Shown here piece by piece: positions 38,786 through 52,734 of a DNA stretch of 64,000 nt. The stretch covers positions 93,372,001-93,436,000 of the forward strand of contig NC_090326.1 in the NCBI RefSeq assembly GCF_035084215.1. Direction: 5' to 3'. The translations under genes and the position numbers were made by a program. The notes below the pieces were generated by a model. That model was not told where the DNA came from and searched no databases. It saw only the letters and a program-made list of their open reading frames with translations. Source of the stretch: Heptranchias perlo. Taxonomy: Eukaryota. How positions within the stretch are numbered: position 1 is the first letter of the stretch; every line of letters begins with the position of its first letter.

Positions 38786-41700
38786 CTGCAGTAAAGCAAC
38801 TGCAGTTAATATAAAATAAACAAGTAAGCATCCACCCTAACATCTGGGCACACAAACATTACTAAAAACAAAAACTGCTAGAAGTACACAGTAAGTCTGC
38901 TAGCATCTGTAAAGAGAAAAGACAGGTTAACATTTTGGATAGAAACCCTTTGGCAGAACTGAAAAAGGAAGGCATGGAAGGCCAATAAGCCTTTATAGGA
39001 CTAACCAAAACCAAGAGGGAGGCAGGGAACAACTGGTAAAGATTGCGAGTTAAATATTCTAAACACTCATACAAAGTAAGTAGTTTATTTCTTTTTCCAA
39101 GTCAGCCAAATGTGTGACATGTACTTCAACTCATCATGACCAAGTCAAAATACCGAGAAATCAAATCATGTAAGTTAAATCTTCATTTGCCTGACTTGGA
39201 GTGAATACTCTCCTCCTCTAGGTACAATGCCCACTTACCTATGGTCACAGAACTAAGGTGCAGAGTAGCAAGAGTCAAGGCTAAGGAACCCCAAGGGTGC
39301 AGAGGAATACTGCTGAATTTTAACCATGTAAAACCAAGCAGCTCACCAATAAGAGCACAGGTAAGCTTTTGCTGCTTGCGCAGCTAGGACTACCCTACAC
39401 ATTAGGGCTTTGACTTGCAGTGTTATCTGAACCAGAATTGGAAGAATCCCAGTCTCCACTGATAGGTATATTTCTCCAGGTTCCATCAGTGATTCAGGCT
39501 GTCTGATCAACAGTGCCTGGGTGCACAGTGGATCTGCCTGACTTGGTTATCAGATTACCGAGGCTGCCTCGGAGGATCAACTCAGTTCCATTGTCAGGCA
39601 TGTCATCTTGGATCCTATAGAGACCTCAGACACCTCCTCAAACAAAAAGCAAAATACTGCAGATGTTGGAAATCTGAAATAAAAACACAAAACGTTGTAG
39701 ACACTCAGCGGGTCAGACAGCATCTGTCGAGAAAATACAAGTCGGTCGATGCATCGAATGTTTATAGGTCATTCTATTTTTCTATTCCTGTGTGTGTGGT
39801 CATTGCGTGTTATTTTTATTTTCCCTTTTCCTTGTTCTGTTCCCTTTTTAAATGCTGTTTGTCTACAGTTCTGTGGAGGGTTCAGCACCCAAAATGTCAA
39901 CTAACTTGTGCTCCCTCGACAGATGCTGCCTGACCTGCTGAGTGCATCCAGCATTTTCTGTTTTTCTTCCACTTACCTCCACTCCTCTCCAAAGAGGCTA
40001 GTTACAAGTTGGTCATTAGACAACTGAGAGGTGTGAGTTTGAGCCCTCACTTGGCAGAAAACAGATACAAGAAACTTTTCACAGTGGCCTGATGAACAGC
40101 ACAACTCACCTTAAAATGTGCGAGCACAATGTCATCCCGATCACAACATGGACACACCCAATAACCCATCAAACAATGTGATGGGGTGTCAATTGAAGGC
40201 AGAGTTCATGCAGAGAAATGTGAAGTATTGCATTTTGGAAGGAAAAATGAGAAGAGGCAATATAAATGGTACAATTTTAAAAGGGGTGCAGGAACAGAGA
40301 GACCTGAGCGTTTACATTCATAAATCTTTGAAGGTGGCAGGGCAAGTCAATAAGGCTGTTAAAAAAGCATATGGGATTCATGGCTTTATAAATAGAGGCA
40401 TAGAGTACAAAAGCAAGGAAGGTATGGTAAACTTTTATAAATCACTGGTTAGAGAAATTTGAGCTGATTAGAGCGAGCCAACGTGGATTTGTCAAGGGTA
40501 GCTCATATCTAATGAACCTAATTGAATTTTTTGAGGAAGTAACTAAAGTAGTAGACAGGTGAATGTCTATGGATGTAGATCATATGAACTTCCAGAGGCA
40601 TTTGTTAAGGTTCCACATAAGAGACTGTTAGGTAATATTATAGCTCATGGAATTGAGGGCAAATTATTGATCTGGTTAGGAGATTAATTAGGTGGTAGAA
40701 GACAGAGAGAAGGGATAATGGGTATGTACTCGAATTGGAAGGAAGTGACTAGTGGTGGCTCATAAGGATTTGTGCTGGGGCCTCAACTAGTCACTATATT
40801 TATTGATGACTTAGATGACACAAGAGAGAGCCATATATCCAAGTTTGCTGATGACACAAAAACTGGTGGCATAGTAGTGTAGACGGGAGCAGAAAATTAC
40901 AAAAAAACACCGATAGATTAAATGACTGGGCAAGTGGAGGCTAAGGGGATACTTGATTGAGGTGTACAAAATTATGAGGGGCCTAGATAGAGTAGACAGG
41001 AAGTATCTGTTTCCCTTGGCTGAGAGTTCAAAAACTAGACATAGATTTAAGCTGATTGGCAGAAGGATTAGAGACAACATGAGAAAAAACTTTTTTACCC
41101 AGAGGGTGGTGGGTGTATGGAATTCGCTGCCCGAATTGGTGGTAGAGGCAGGGACCCTCAACTCTTTTAAAAAGTACCTGGACCTGCACCTAAAGTGCTG
41201 TAAGCTGCAGGGCTACGGACTGGGTGCCGGAAGGTGGGATTAGAATGGGCACCTCGTTGTTCTTTGAGCCGGCGCGGACATGATGGGCTGAATGGCCCCC
41301 TTCTGTGCTGTATCTTTTCTATGGTTCTAGCTGTGGCAGATGGATTTCAACCCAGGTATGTGTGATATCATCCATTTTGGACCAAAGAGGGGTAGATCCG
41401 AGTATTTTTTAAATGGTGAAAAGCTAGGAACAGTGGAGATCCAAAGAGATCAGGGGGTCCATGTACACAGATCGCTAAATGTAGTGGTGAGGTACAAAAA
41501 ATAATCAAAAAGGCTAATGGAATGTTAGCCTTTATAACTAGAGGGCAAGAAAAGAAAGTGATGGAAGTTTTGTTACAGCTATACAAAGCCCTGGTTAGAC
41601 AACATCTGGAGTACTGTGTACAGTTCTGGGCATTGCACCTAAGGAAGGATATATTGGCCTTGGAACGAGTGCAGCGCAGATTCACCAGAATGTTACCAGG

Positions 41701-44700
41701 GCTCCAAGGGTTAGATTATGAGGAGAGATTACATAAACTAGGCTTGTATTCCTGGAATATAGAAGGTTAAGGGGTGATTTGATTGAGGTTTTTAGGATTT
41801 TGAAAGGAATTGATAGGGTAGATGGAGAGAAACTTTTTCCGCTGGTGTGGGAGTCTAGGACAAGGGGACATAATCTTAAAATCAGAGCCAGGCCATTCAG
41901 GAGAGAAATTAAGAAACACTTCTTCACGCAAAGAGGGGTAGAAGTGTGGAACTCTCTCCCACAAAAAGCAATAGATGCTAGCTCAATAATTTTAAATCTG
42001 AGATCAAGAGATTTTTGCTAGCCAAGGGTATTAGGGGATATGGAGCGAAGGCGGGTGGATGGAGTTAGGGTACAGATCGGCCATGATCTCATTGAATGGC
42101 GGTACTGGTCCATAGAATCATTTTTTCCCTTCAAGTACTTATCCAATTCCCTTTTGAAAGTCACGATTGAATCTGCCTCCACCACCCTTTCAGGCAGTGC
42201 ACTCCAGATCATAACCACTCGCTGTGTAAAAATGTTTTTCCTCATGTCGCCTTTGGTTCTTTTGCCAATCACCTTAAATTTATGTCCTCTGGTTCTTGAC
42301 CATTCCGCCAATGGGAACAGTTCACCTCTATCTACTCTGTCTAGGCCCCTCATGATTTTGAACACCTCCATCAAATCTCCTCTCAACTTTCTCTGTTCTA
42401 AGGAGAACAACCCAACTTCTCCAGTCTATCCACGTAACTGAAGTCCCTCATCCCTGGAACCATTCTAGTAAATCTTTTCTGCACCCTTGTAGTTTCTGGG
42501 TTTATTCTTACACCCTTTTTTGAACAAGGGTGTAACATTTGCAATTCTCCAGTCCTCTGACATCACCGCTGTATCTAAGGATGATTGGAAGATTACGGCC
42601 AGTACTGCTGCAATTTCCACCCTTACTTCCCTCAGCAACCTAGGATGCATCCCATCCGGACCGGGTGACTTATCTGCTTTAAGTACAGTCAGCCTTTCTA
42701 GTACCACCTTTTTATCAATTTTTAGCCCTTCGAGTATCTCAACTACCTCTTTTTTTATTGTGCTTTTGGCAGCATCTTCTTCCTTGGTAAAGACAGATGC
42801 AAAGTACTAATTTAGTACCTCAGCCAAGCCCGCTGCTTCCATGAGTTGATCTTTTTGGTCTCTAGTCAGCCCCACCCCTCCTCGTACTATCCGTTTACTA
42901 TTTATAAGCTTATAGTCGACTTTTGGATTCCCTTTTATGTTCGTTGTCACCCTATTCTCATACTCTCTTTTTGCCCCTCGTATTTCCGTTTTCACTTCCC
43001 CTCTGAACTTTCTATTCAGCCTGGTTCTCACTTGTATTATCAAACCGACATCTGTCATAAACCTCCTTTTTCTGCTTCATCTTACTCTCTACCTCTTTCG
43101 TCATCCAGGGAGCTATGGTTTTGGTTGCCTTACCTTTCCCCCTCATGGAATGTATCCGAACCATCTCCTCTTTAAAGGCCACCACCCATTGTTCAATTAC
43201 AGTTTTGCCTGCCAATCTTTGATTTCAATCTATCCGGGTAAATCTGTTCTCAACCCACTGAAATTGGCCCTCCTCCAATTTTTTTTTATTCGTTCATGGG
43301 ATGTGGGCATCGCTGGCAAGGCAGGCATTCATTGCCCATCCCTAATTGCCCTTGAGAAGGTGGTGGTGAGCCGCCTTCTTGAACCGCTGCAGTCCGTGTG
43401 GTGAAGGTTCTCCCACAGTGCTGTTAGGTAGGGAGTTCCAGGATTTTGACCCAGCGACGATGAAGGAACGGCGATATATTACCAAGGCGGGGTGGTGTGT
43501 GACTTGGAGGGGAACGTGCAGGTGGTGTTGTTCCCACGTGCCTGCTGCCCTTGTCTTTCCAGGTGGTAGAGGTCGCGGGTTTGGGAGGTGCTGTCGAAGA
43601 AGCCTTGGCAAGTTGCTGCAGTGCATCCTGTAGATGGTACACACTGCAGCCACAGTGCACCAGTGGTGAAGGGAGTGAATGTTTAGGGTGGTGGATGGGG
43701 TGCCAATCAAGCGGGCTGCTTTGTCCTGGAGTATTGTCTTGAGTTGTTAGAGCTGCACTCATCCAAGCAAGTTGACTGACACTTGCTCCACTTGACCCAC
43801 CTCATTGCCCAGAACCAGGTCCAGCAAAGCCTCCTTCCTCATTGGGCCAGAAAAATACTGATCAAGGAAGTTCTCCTGAACACACTTCAGAAATTCTCCC
43901 CCCACTCTGCCCTTTACACTATTACTATCCCAGTCCATATTAGGATAATTGAAGTCCCCACTATCACTACCCTATGGTTCTTGCACCTCTCTGTAATTTC
44001 CCTGCAAACTTGTTCCTCTATATCCTTCCCACTAGTTGGTGGCCTATAGAATACACCCAGTATTGTAAAGGCACCTCTATTGTTCCTTGACTCCTCCAGG
44101 ACATCCTCTCTCTCCAGCACTGCAATATTCTCCTTAATCAATACTGCCACCCCTCCTTCTTTCTTTCCTTGCCTATCTTTCCTGAACATTTTGAATCCAG
44201 GAATATTTAGTCCCCAATCCTGCCCTTTTTTAAGCCAGGTCTCCGTTATCGCCACAATATCATGTTCTCATGTGGCTATTTGCACCTGCAGCTCACCAAC
44301 TTTATTTACCACACTTCGTGCATTTACACACATGCACTGTAAACCTATGTTAGACCTTCTTGTATTCTCTCTCAGTCTGATCCCACCTAATACCGTACTA
44401 TTTCTTACTCCAGTGCTATCTGTCTCTCCCAATCCTTTGTGCACCCTGTTTCTCCTTCCCAGTGCTACATTCTGGTGCCCATCCCCCTAACAAATTAGTT
44501 TAAACTCTCCCCCTCAGCACTACTGAACCTCCCTGCGAGAACATTGACCCCAGCTCGTCCGGCCTGTACAGGTCCCACCTCCCCCATCACCAAGACTGCC
44601 TACTTCCACCTCCGTAACGTTTCCCGTCTCCGCCACCTGCTGCTGAAATCCTCATCCCCGCCTTTGTTACCTCTAGACATCTTCCACTCTCCATAAACTT

Positions 44701-47700
44701 GAGCTAATTCAAAACTCTGCTGCCCGTATCCTAACTCACACCAAGTCCCGTTCTCCCATCACCCTTGTGCTCGCTGACCTACATTTGCTCCCGGTCCGGG
44801 AATGCCTTGATTTTAAAATTCTCATCCCTCCAAAATTCAAATCCCTCCATGGCCTCGCCCCTCCTTATCTCTGTAACCTCCTCCAGTCCTTCAACCCTCT
44901 GAGATCTCTGCTCTCCTCCAAATCTTGCCTCTTGCCCATCCCTGATTTTAATCGCTCTACCATTGGCTGCCGTGCCTTCAGCTGCCTAGGCCCTAAGCTC
45001 TGGAATTCCCTCCCTAGACCTCTCCGCCTCTCTACCTCTCTCTCCTTCTTTAAGATGCTCCTTAAAACCTACCTCTTTGACCAAGCATTTGGTTACCTGT
45101 CCTAATACCTCCTTATATGGCTCGGTGTAAAATTTTGTTTGATAACACTCCTGTGAAGCGCCTTGGCACATTTTACTATGTTAAAGGCGCTATATAAATG
45201 CAAGTTGTTGTTGTTTAATGGCTTACTCCTGTTCCTATGTTAAGCCTCAGCTGGAGTATTGTGTCCCCACTGCACTTTAGGAAGGATGTCAAGGCCTTGG
45301 AGATGGCAGAGGAGATTTACTAGAATGGTACCAGGGATGAGGGACTTCCGTTATGTGGAGACTACAGTAGCTGGGATTGTTCTCTGTACAGCAGAGAAGG
45401 TTAAGGGGAGATTTAAAAGAGGTGTTGAAAATTATGAGTGGTTTTGATAGCGTAGATAGGGACTGTTTCCATTGGCAGGAGAATCGGTAACTAGAGGACA
45501 CAGATTTAAGATAATTGGCAAAAGAAACAGGGGGGAGATGAGGAGAATTTTTTTTACCCAGCAAATTGTTATGACCTGGAATGCACAGCCGGAAAGGGTG
45601 GTGGAAGCAGATTCAATAGTAATTTTCAAAAGGGAATTGAATATATACTTGAAGGGGGAAAATTTGCAGGGCTTTGGGGAAAGAGCAGGCGAGTGAGACT
45701 AATTGGATAGCTCTTTAAAAGAACCCGCATAAGAATGATGGGCTCCTTCTGTGCTGTATGAAACTACAAAGAGGATGAGAAAGATAGCACTTTAAAAATG
45801 TTGCCTCCCTCTCAGCATCTGTGGGCTTGCAAACACTCTAGGAAAGTTGCCACAGCAAAATTTCTACTCAGGCAGGCAGCTGTGCCAGAGACAGTACAGA
45901 CGCTCGGCCTAAAAATTTAAATGACACTGATCCTGGGGTGTTGGACGGAGTTGGGGATTGTCAGCAGGTGGGCAGGCAGAAGTTCTGTTCTACCCCAGAT
46001 TTCTCCAACCCTAATTTTCTTCAAAAATTCAGGGCCTTAGTTTTTAAAGTTTCTCTAGTCAATGTCGTGAGGCATTACACACAAGACATCAATACCAAGT
46101 GTAGTCTTCAGAAGTGTGGTTGAAGGGCAGGGAATAATTGGACCAAAACATGCAGTTTGGAGGACGAGTTCATGGAATGCATTTGAAACAGTTTCCTAGA
46201 ACAATACGCTGTGGAACCAACCAGGGAACAGGCCATTTTAGATCTTGTGTAATGAAACAGGGTTAATTAGTAATCTCATAGTAAGGATCCTCTGGGGAAT
46301 GAGTAATCATAATATGATATAATTTCATATTGAGTTCGAGAGTGACGTACTTAAGGCTCAAACTGGAGTCTTAAACTTAAACAAAGGCAATTACATAGGT
46401 ATGAGAGGCGAGTTGATTGGGATATTAGATTTAAAGATATGACAGTAGATAAACAAGGCGAACATTTAAAGAAATACTTCATAATTCTCAACGAATATAC
46501 ATTCCATGGAGGGATAAAAACCCCACAGAAAAAGTGATCTATCCGTGGCTAACTAAAGAAGTTAAGGACAGTATTAGATTAAAAGAAGAGGTTTTTAATG
46601 TTGCCAAGAAGAGTAGTAAGCCTGAGGTTCGGGAGAGTTTTAGAAACCAGCAAAGGATGAACAAAAAATGGATAAAGTGGGAGAAAATTGAATATGAGCG
46701 TAAACTAGCAAGAAATGTAAAAACGGATTGTAAGAGCTTCTACAAGTTTGTAAAAGGGAAGAGAGTAACGAAAGTAGACGTGGGTCCTGTAGAAGCTGAG
46801 ACAGGAGAAATTCTAATGGGGAATAAGGAAATGGCAGAATGTTAAACAAATATTCTGTATCTGTCTTCACAGTAGAAGACACAAAAACATACCAGAAATA
46901 GTGGGGAACCAACAGTCTAATGAGAGTGAGGAATGTAAAGTTAATATTAGTAAAGAAAAAGTACTGGAGAAATTAATGGGACTAAAAGTCGACAAATCTC
47001 CTGGATCTGATGGCCTATATCCTAAGGTTCTAAAACAGATGGCTGCAGAGACAGTGGATATATTGGTTGTGATCTTCCAAAATTCCCTAGATTCTAGAAT
47101 GGTCCGAGTGGATTGGAAGGTAGCAAATATAACACACTACTCAAGAAAGGAGGGAGAGAGAAAACAGGGAATTACAGGACAGTTAGCCTGACATCAGTAG
47201 TAGGGAAAATGCTGGAATCTATTATTAAGGACATGGTAACGAGGCACTTAGAAAATCATAATATGATTAGGCAGAATCAACATGGTTTTATGAAAGTGAA
47301 ATTGTGTTTAACAAATCTACTGGAGTTTTTGTTGAGGATGTAACGAGCAAGATAGATAAAAGGGAACCAGTGGATGTAGTATATTTGGATTTTCAAAAGG
47401 CATTCGATAAGTTGACACACAAAAAGTTCTTACACAAGATAAGAGCTCATGGGGTTGGGGGTAATATATTAGCATGGAGACAGGATTGGTTAACGGACAG
47501 AAAACAGAGAGTAGGAATAAACGGGTCATTTTCAGGTTGGCGGGCTGGAACTAGTGGGATGCCGCAAGGATCCTCAGCTATTTACAATCTATATTAATGA
47601 CTTAGACGAAGGGACCGAGTGTAATGTATCCAAGTTTGTTGACGATACAAAGTTAGGTGGGAAAGTAAGCTGTGAGGAGGACATAAAGAGTCTGCAAGGG

Positions 47701-50700
47701 GATATAGACAGGTTAAGTGAGTGGACAAGAAGGTGGCAGATGGAGTGTAATGTGGGGAATTGTGAGATTATTCACTTTGGTCGGAAGAATAGAAAAACGA
47801 AATATTTTTTAAATGGTGAGAAACTATTAAATGTTGGTGTTCACAGGGATTTGGGTGTCCTTGTACACGAAACACAGAAAGTTAACACGCAGGTACAGCA
47901 AGCAATTAGGAAGGCAAATGGTATGTTGGCCTTTATTGCAAGGGGGTTAGAGTACAAGAGTAAGGAAGTCTTGCTACAATTGTACAGGGCTTTGGTGAGA
48001 CCACACCTGCAGTACTGTGTACAGTTTTGGTCTCTTTATCTAAGGAAGGATAAACTTGCCTTTAGGATCTTCTCTGCTGCTCAGACCGAGTCGGGAAATG
48101 CAAAACAGAGGTGCTACATCACCACCACTGGTGGGTAGTTGTAATTACAGGGTGGTAAGTTTCAATGGGCAGTTTCCATTATAAGTGGGACATAGGGATT
48201 TATAATGTGAAATTTGACACAAAGGACATCCAGATGCAAGATTTTTAATATATCAGATTAATATATATTAGTAATTTTTCCCTGGTGCATTCAATTTTCT
48301 CACAGCATCAATTTTAGAATTGGCAGAAACACTTCTCTCACAAATGTTTTGGCAGTTGAGTGTGTAGCAAGAGCTATACAAAACGTATTACTGAATTCTT
48401 ATTTTGAAAATAATTAATTCCTTTACATTTGTATCTATGCTGTGACCCTATTTTTGGGCTACCTTTTTGAGGCAGCTTGGGCTTTGGATTTCTCCATGGC
48501 TGGCATTAACAAGATGCAGGATACCATTTCTAAAGGCTGGGCTATGGATATATTTTAATGTGAGCTGAGCTAATAAATAGCAAAGTCTAATTTTTTTTAG
48601 AATTTCTTTACCTTCAGTCCGCTTCCATCCAGCTGCAGCAGCTGTTCTCCATCAATGCTTTTGGCAGTAAATTGTGGAATATACTGTTCCATGTTTAGTC
48701 CCATAAGCCAGTGAGAGACGTGATGGGTGCTCCAATCCAAAACAGCACGAGTCTTCCATTGATTGTGTTTAGGTGATTGTCCTTCATCAAGGATCTTCCA
48801 GAAAATAAAAATAGAGAGATTCACAGCAGTGATTCTGATATTAACAACTACGTTATAATATCATTAAACTTTAGATTACAAGCAGAAACTGAGTTCACTA
48901 CAACGTCCTGACATTTTCTGTTGTTCTTTCTAAGACGATGTTGTCACCTGGAACTTCTTGCAGTCAGAAGTACATGTGTGGAATTAACCATCATTTACTG
49001 AAGTGGGTATTAAGCTGTAGAAAATCTGTAATTTGCCTCTTTGTACTACGGTATAATTTTTTCAAGTCTTTATGCACCCTCAACAATCACCATGGTTAAA
49101 TGTATGACACTTTTCTGTGCTACAGACTCCGATTTTAACTCTGCCCGCCTTGCAGTTAAAATAAGGGCAGGGACATACCCACTGTGATTCCGCTGCCTTT
49201 CCGCCATGTATCAATATTAACCTTTTTGGGCAGGTGAGTAGAATGCCTGCAGGAAGGCAGCGGAGTCCTTCTCTAAATATGCTGACTGAGTCTCGATGAT
49301 GTCTTGTTTTTTTCAGCCATCACTGTGTGGATAATTAGGATACTGATTTACATCTGCCAATATATCCGCTTCTGACCAACATGAAAGAATCAAGCCTCTA
49401 ATCAAATGCTTTGACTATTACAAGAACACATTATATTACAAGCTAATTAAAGTTTTAATATTAATTTAAAAACTATTTCAAATATATTAATTTATTTAGA
49501 TTGCGCATATTAGGATTTCAATAATTCTTCGCAGGAATTTCTTGTTCTGCTAGCAAGACTGGTTGCTCATGATTTTGTTTTTAAAAGTTTTCTTTCGATA
49601 AAAAATAGCAGTTCTAGGTCTCTGCAAAATCTTTTACACTCAATCTTTGGTCATATGTACAATTAAATTAAAAACTAATTTGAAAACAACAGTTTTGCCA
49701 GATAAGGAGTTGAGCTCAATTCTACTTACATATGCATGGTCCTAAGAGTAAATCCACCTGAGCTATACATTATGTAGAATATCTGACAATATCAGATTAC
49801 ATTTTGATAGGGACACAACACGTAAGATGCTTTGTAAAAGGTTAATGAGATGGCAAAATGAAAATATAACATGCTGGACATGTTTTCAAGCATCTCACCT
49901 TATCATCTATCATATCCAGGCTCTGCCAAGATCGCAATAAGAGAAACGAAGGAACAATATTTCAGAACACAAAAAATAATGCAGGAAAATACATTAACAA
50001 AAGTCATTAGTTCCCAAATGACTAATGGAGATTACCCCCCAATTTGGAAACTTTTTTTGTTACCAAAAAAACAGATGAAGAACAGTCTGTTACATTGAGT
50101 TGTGGGAAAAATGTATATTATTTTTTATAAACTTATTTTGCTGCAACTCAAATCATTTTACTTTCTTACTATAAATAGAATAAATTTGTCTTTTGATAAA
50201 AAATAGCAGGGCTAGGTCTCTGCAAAATCTTTTACACTCAATCTTTGGTCATATGTACAATTAAATTAAAAACTAATTTGAAAACAACAGTTTTGCCAGA
50301 TAAGGAGTTGAGCTCAATTCTATTTACATATGCATGGTCCTAAGAGTAAATCCACCTGAGCTATACATGTTATAACATCTAACTATTTTTTTAAATGGGT
50401 CCAGATACTAAATTCATTTAAGAAATTACATAATCTGATGGGAAGATGTTAAGATTGGTATTCTAGAAGGATGAGATCAAATAGGCCATAGAGCCTTCTT
50501 CAACCAAACCTATCTTATGATTTTGTGTTTTATTCTGGTCCTCCTATTTCTATTATAAACAGGACTGAGACTGTGCAGGTATAATGCAAGGACAACTGAT
50601 GTCAGTGCTGGAAATAGGACACTTTTCCATATTTTACACCATCAATCAGTCCCAAGTTAAGCACAGCACAGACCCAATGCAGAGTGAAGTTCCTTATGGA

Positions 50701-51719
50701 ATCCTGAACAATGTGTCTGAACCTCTGAAAAGCACTCCGTCCTGTACCAGTGTGAAATTTTCCATTTTACACTGGTACAATCATCCTCATAAGCTAATTT
50801 AGTGCCAATTTGAAACATTTCATAAGCTGTGGAATTGTGACCACTTAAGCAGAATGGCGAAGATGCAAACTCATTTCATGATATTAGCCTGCCTGAAGTC
50901 AGAAGTGAAAGTACAATGTTCTAATCCAAGGCATCACTCACTTCCCCTGTCAAAACTAACTTCAATAGGTCAGGTATTTTTATCTAATACTGTATCAGTA
51001 ATGTGTTAATTTCATAAGTGGGGAGGAAATGCCACAGCATCTGTAATGCATCACACAAGGCTATTTCTAGCCTGACATTAATTTACAATTCCTGCATACA
51101 GTGTAAAAGCATGATGGGGATCGATTCAGTTTGCCTCATTAATATTTAATTGCATTGAATGGAATAATTCAAACAGAGCTTTGAGAAAAAGTACTGCATT
51201 CTTAAGGGATAAATTTAGCTTTTGGCAGAATGATATTGCAGCATATTGGAATATCTATCATGCAGTGAGTTATCACGGCCACCTCATCAGAGAGTAGACG
51301 GTGACAAAGGTAGACGCTTCCTGACAGGAATAGCAAGAAATTCAGACAGACAGTCACACCAGGCTACCCATGCCATCATTAAAAGTACATTATTGGCAGA
51401 GAACTGGAAGCAGATCAATCATTCACCCACTCAGCTGGAATAGTGGACGGTACAAGCAGATGCAAGAATAGGGAAAGTGGAGAAAACACCTCTCCAACAA
51501 AAGAGGGTGCCTTATTGTCAAAGTTGGTCCCATACAAAGACTGGCAATAAAATAAACCAAAGTACTTCAGTTTTATTTTGCTATTCACAATTTACTTACC
51601 TCATCAGAGGAGAGCGCCAACGTGCGGGAGCGCCCTGTAGATTTTGGTTCTGCAACCAATCCACTCAAATCAGCAGAACTTGTGCTACTGGGGCTAAAGT
51701 CATCAATGTAGGTGAAATT
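38576..51719 (-). CDS. PPP1R9A: PPP1R9A / neurabin-1, 3' coding exons (SAM domain and C-terminal coiled coil); gene continues beyond the window end
   Basis: Four phase-0 exons splice to NFTYIDDFSPSSTSSADLSG...LALSSDE-SLDMIDDK-ILDEGQSPKH...WS..HVSHWLMGLNMEQY..F....IDGEQLLQLDG..LK-ALGIT.SQDRAIIKKKLKELK...EKARKAQ...REK. This matches the neurabin-1 C-terminus, and the synteny with PON agrees. Confidence 0.95.
39640..39965. mobile_element. Degenerate fold-back element of the same family as 15699-16480
   Basis: Arms ctcagcgggtcagacagcatctgtcga / tcgacagatgctgcctgacctgctgag; decayed hammerhead motif. Confidence 0.6.
40190..48060. mobile_element. Nested LINE cluster: several CR1 fragments (+ 40190-42110, - 42110-44580, + 45245-45760, + 46120-48060), a family A 3' end (- 43278-43770) and an L2 3' end (+ 44585-45215)
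   Basis: Many ORFs carry CR1 APE/RT motifs (AITETWL, KSPGPDGMHPR, VYLDFQKAFDK, RPHLQYCVQFW) and an L2 C-terminus (LHGLAPPYL...RAFSCLGPKLWNSLP). Confidence 0.9.
48612..48794 (-). CDS. PPP1R9A: PPP1R9A SAM-domain exon (ILDEGQSPKH...LQLDGSGLK)
   Basis: ctggaag|ATC...AAG|gtaaag; 183 nt; SAM motif W..HVSHWL..L.MEQY...F....IDGEQLLQL. Confidence 0.95.
49591..50368. repeat. ~180-bp direct repeat pair (49591-49770 and 50189-50368) flanking the PPP1R9A microexon
   Basis: Direct comparison gives 4 mismatches in about 180 nt. Confidence 0.9.
49899..49922 (-). CDS. PPP1R9A: PPP1R9A 24-nt microexon (SLDMIDDK)
   Basis: cttggcag|AGCCTGGATATGATAGATGATAAG|gtgaga; matches the human SLDMIDDE segment between ...SSDE and ILDD... 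Confidence 0.9.
51600..51719 (-). CDS. PPP1R9A: PPP1R9A exon (NFTYIDDFSPSSTSSADLSGLVAEPKSTGRSRTLALSSDE)
   Basis: tttacag|AAT...GAG|gtaagt on the minus strand; 120 nt. Confidence 0.93.
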
Positions 51720-52734
51720 CTGTAAATCAAAGATTCTGGATGGTAATAAGTTCTTTACTGGATGCAACTTACATTAGATTTAAATGAATACTCAATAACA
51801 ATAGTATTCATCTTCAAAATGCACTCTCAACTGAAATCAGTGAGAGGTGATGGGAGCCAAGGGAAAACATAAAAATGGGGTATGGGAGCTTCCTCTTTTA
51901 ATGGAAAATAGGAACACATCTGTTTTTCTTGAATTAATCATCTACTAATGAAATTGTAGGAAAACATGGCTTTGAAACACGAAATGGAATTCATTAGGGG
52001 TTAATACAAGAAAAGGTGCATTCTCTCATTTTTTGTTAAAATAGGAAATTTGTCTATATCTTGTTTTAGTGACGAGCCTCAGAAATACAGGGTGTCACTT
52101 TGTGGTGAGGCTTTATCATTTTTATCTAAAAATGTTAAAATAATGACTTTCTCTGGTAAAATAAAAAGTTATTCCCATGTATTTGGGTGATAAACAGCCC
52201 AGGAACCTGATTCTGGAGTATGCCTTGAAAGTTTTAACAAAAAGCTATTAAAATTTTAAAAAGTGATCTGAATTGTTGTATAAAACCTAAAAGTTGTAAA
52301 GGGAGATGTACCTGCCAGTGAGTCTTTATCATGCTTTGTTTCTGTGTATTATGGTGAAAAGCAATAATATACTCTCATTAATATCTTGATATTCATAGAT
52401 CGTCAATAGCCCTCTGCCCCATTCATGAGGTCCCTGACCTTTCAGCCTCCTCCTCCCCCTCGTCCTCCTGCCGCTTGTTTGTGCTCCCGCCCACTGGCCA
52501 GGCTGTCAATCTGGCTGGCTGTCGGGCAGGAGACTGCAGCATGTTATTTATATGAGGCCCTGCCCTTACGATCAGTAGGGCCTCTGCGTCCCCATGCTAC
52601 ATGCTACCACGCTCCCCGCACTCTCCCCACCTCCCCATTAATATTGGAGCCCTTGAGTTTAAAACCATTCCCTATCATTCTCTGGAACTACAACTGTCTA
52701 AAGCTATTTTGTTTTATTTGGGGCTGACCATTTG

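Noticed and set aside
38860-38960. Additional hammerhead-family arm
   Set aside because: The core is decayed (CTGCCAA...AAAA), leaving only a remnant of the fold-back family.
48118-48150. CTCF-like motif (minus strand tgtaattac...ccaccagtggtgg)
   Set aside because: Several mismatches to the core consensus; not supportable without a PWM scan or ChIP data.
38576-48794. SAMD14 as the identity of the SAM-domain gene
   Set aside because: The upstream exons (NFT.DDFSPSSTSSADLSG, SLDMIDD) and the adjacency to PON indicate PPP1R9A.
51283-51320. 38-nt minus-strand segment with a good acceptor (ttcctgtcag), ending CTCTGATGAG|gt like the preceding exon; possible poison exon
   Set aside because: Weak donor (gtggcc), frameshifting, and no homology support; cannot be distinguished from chance without RNA-seq.
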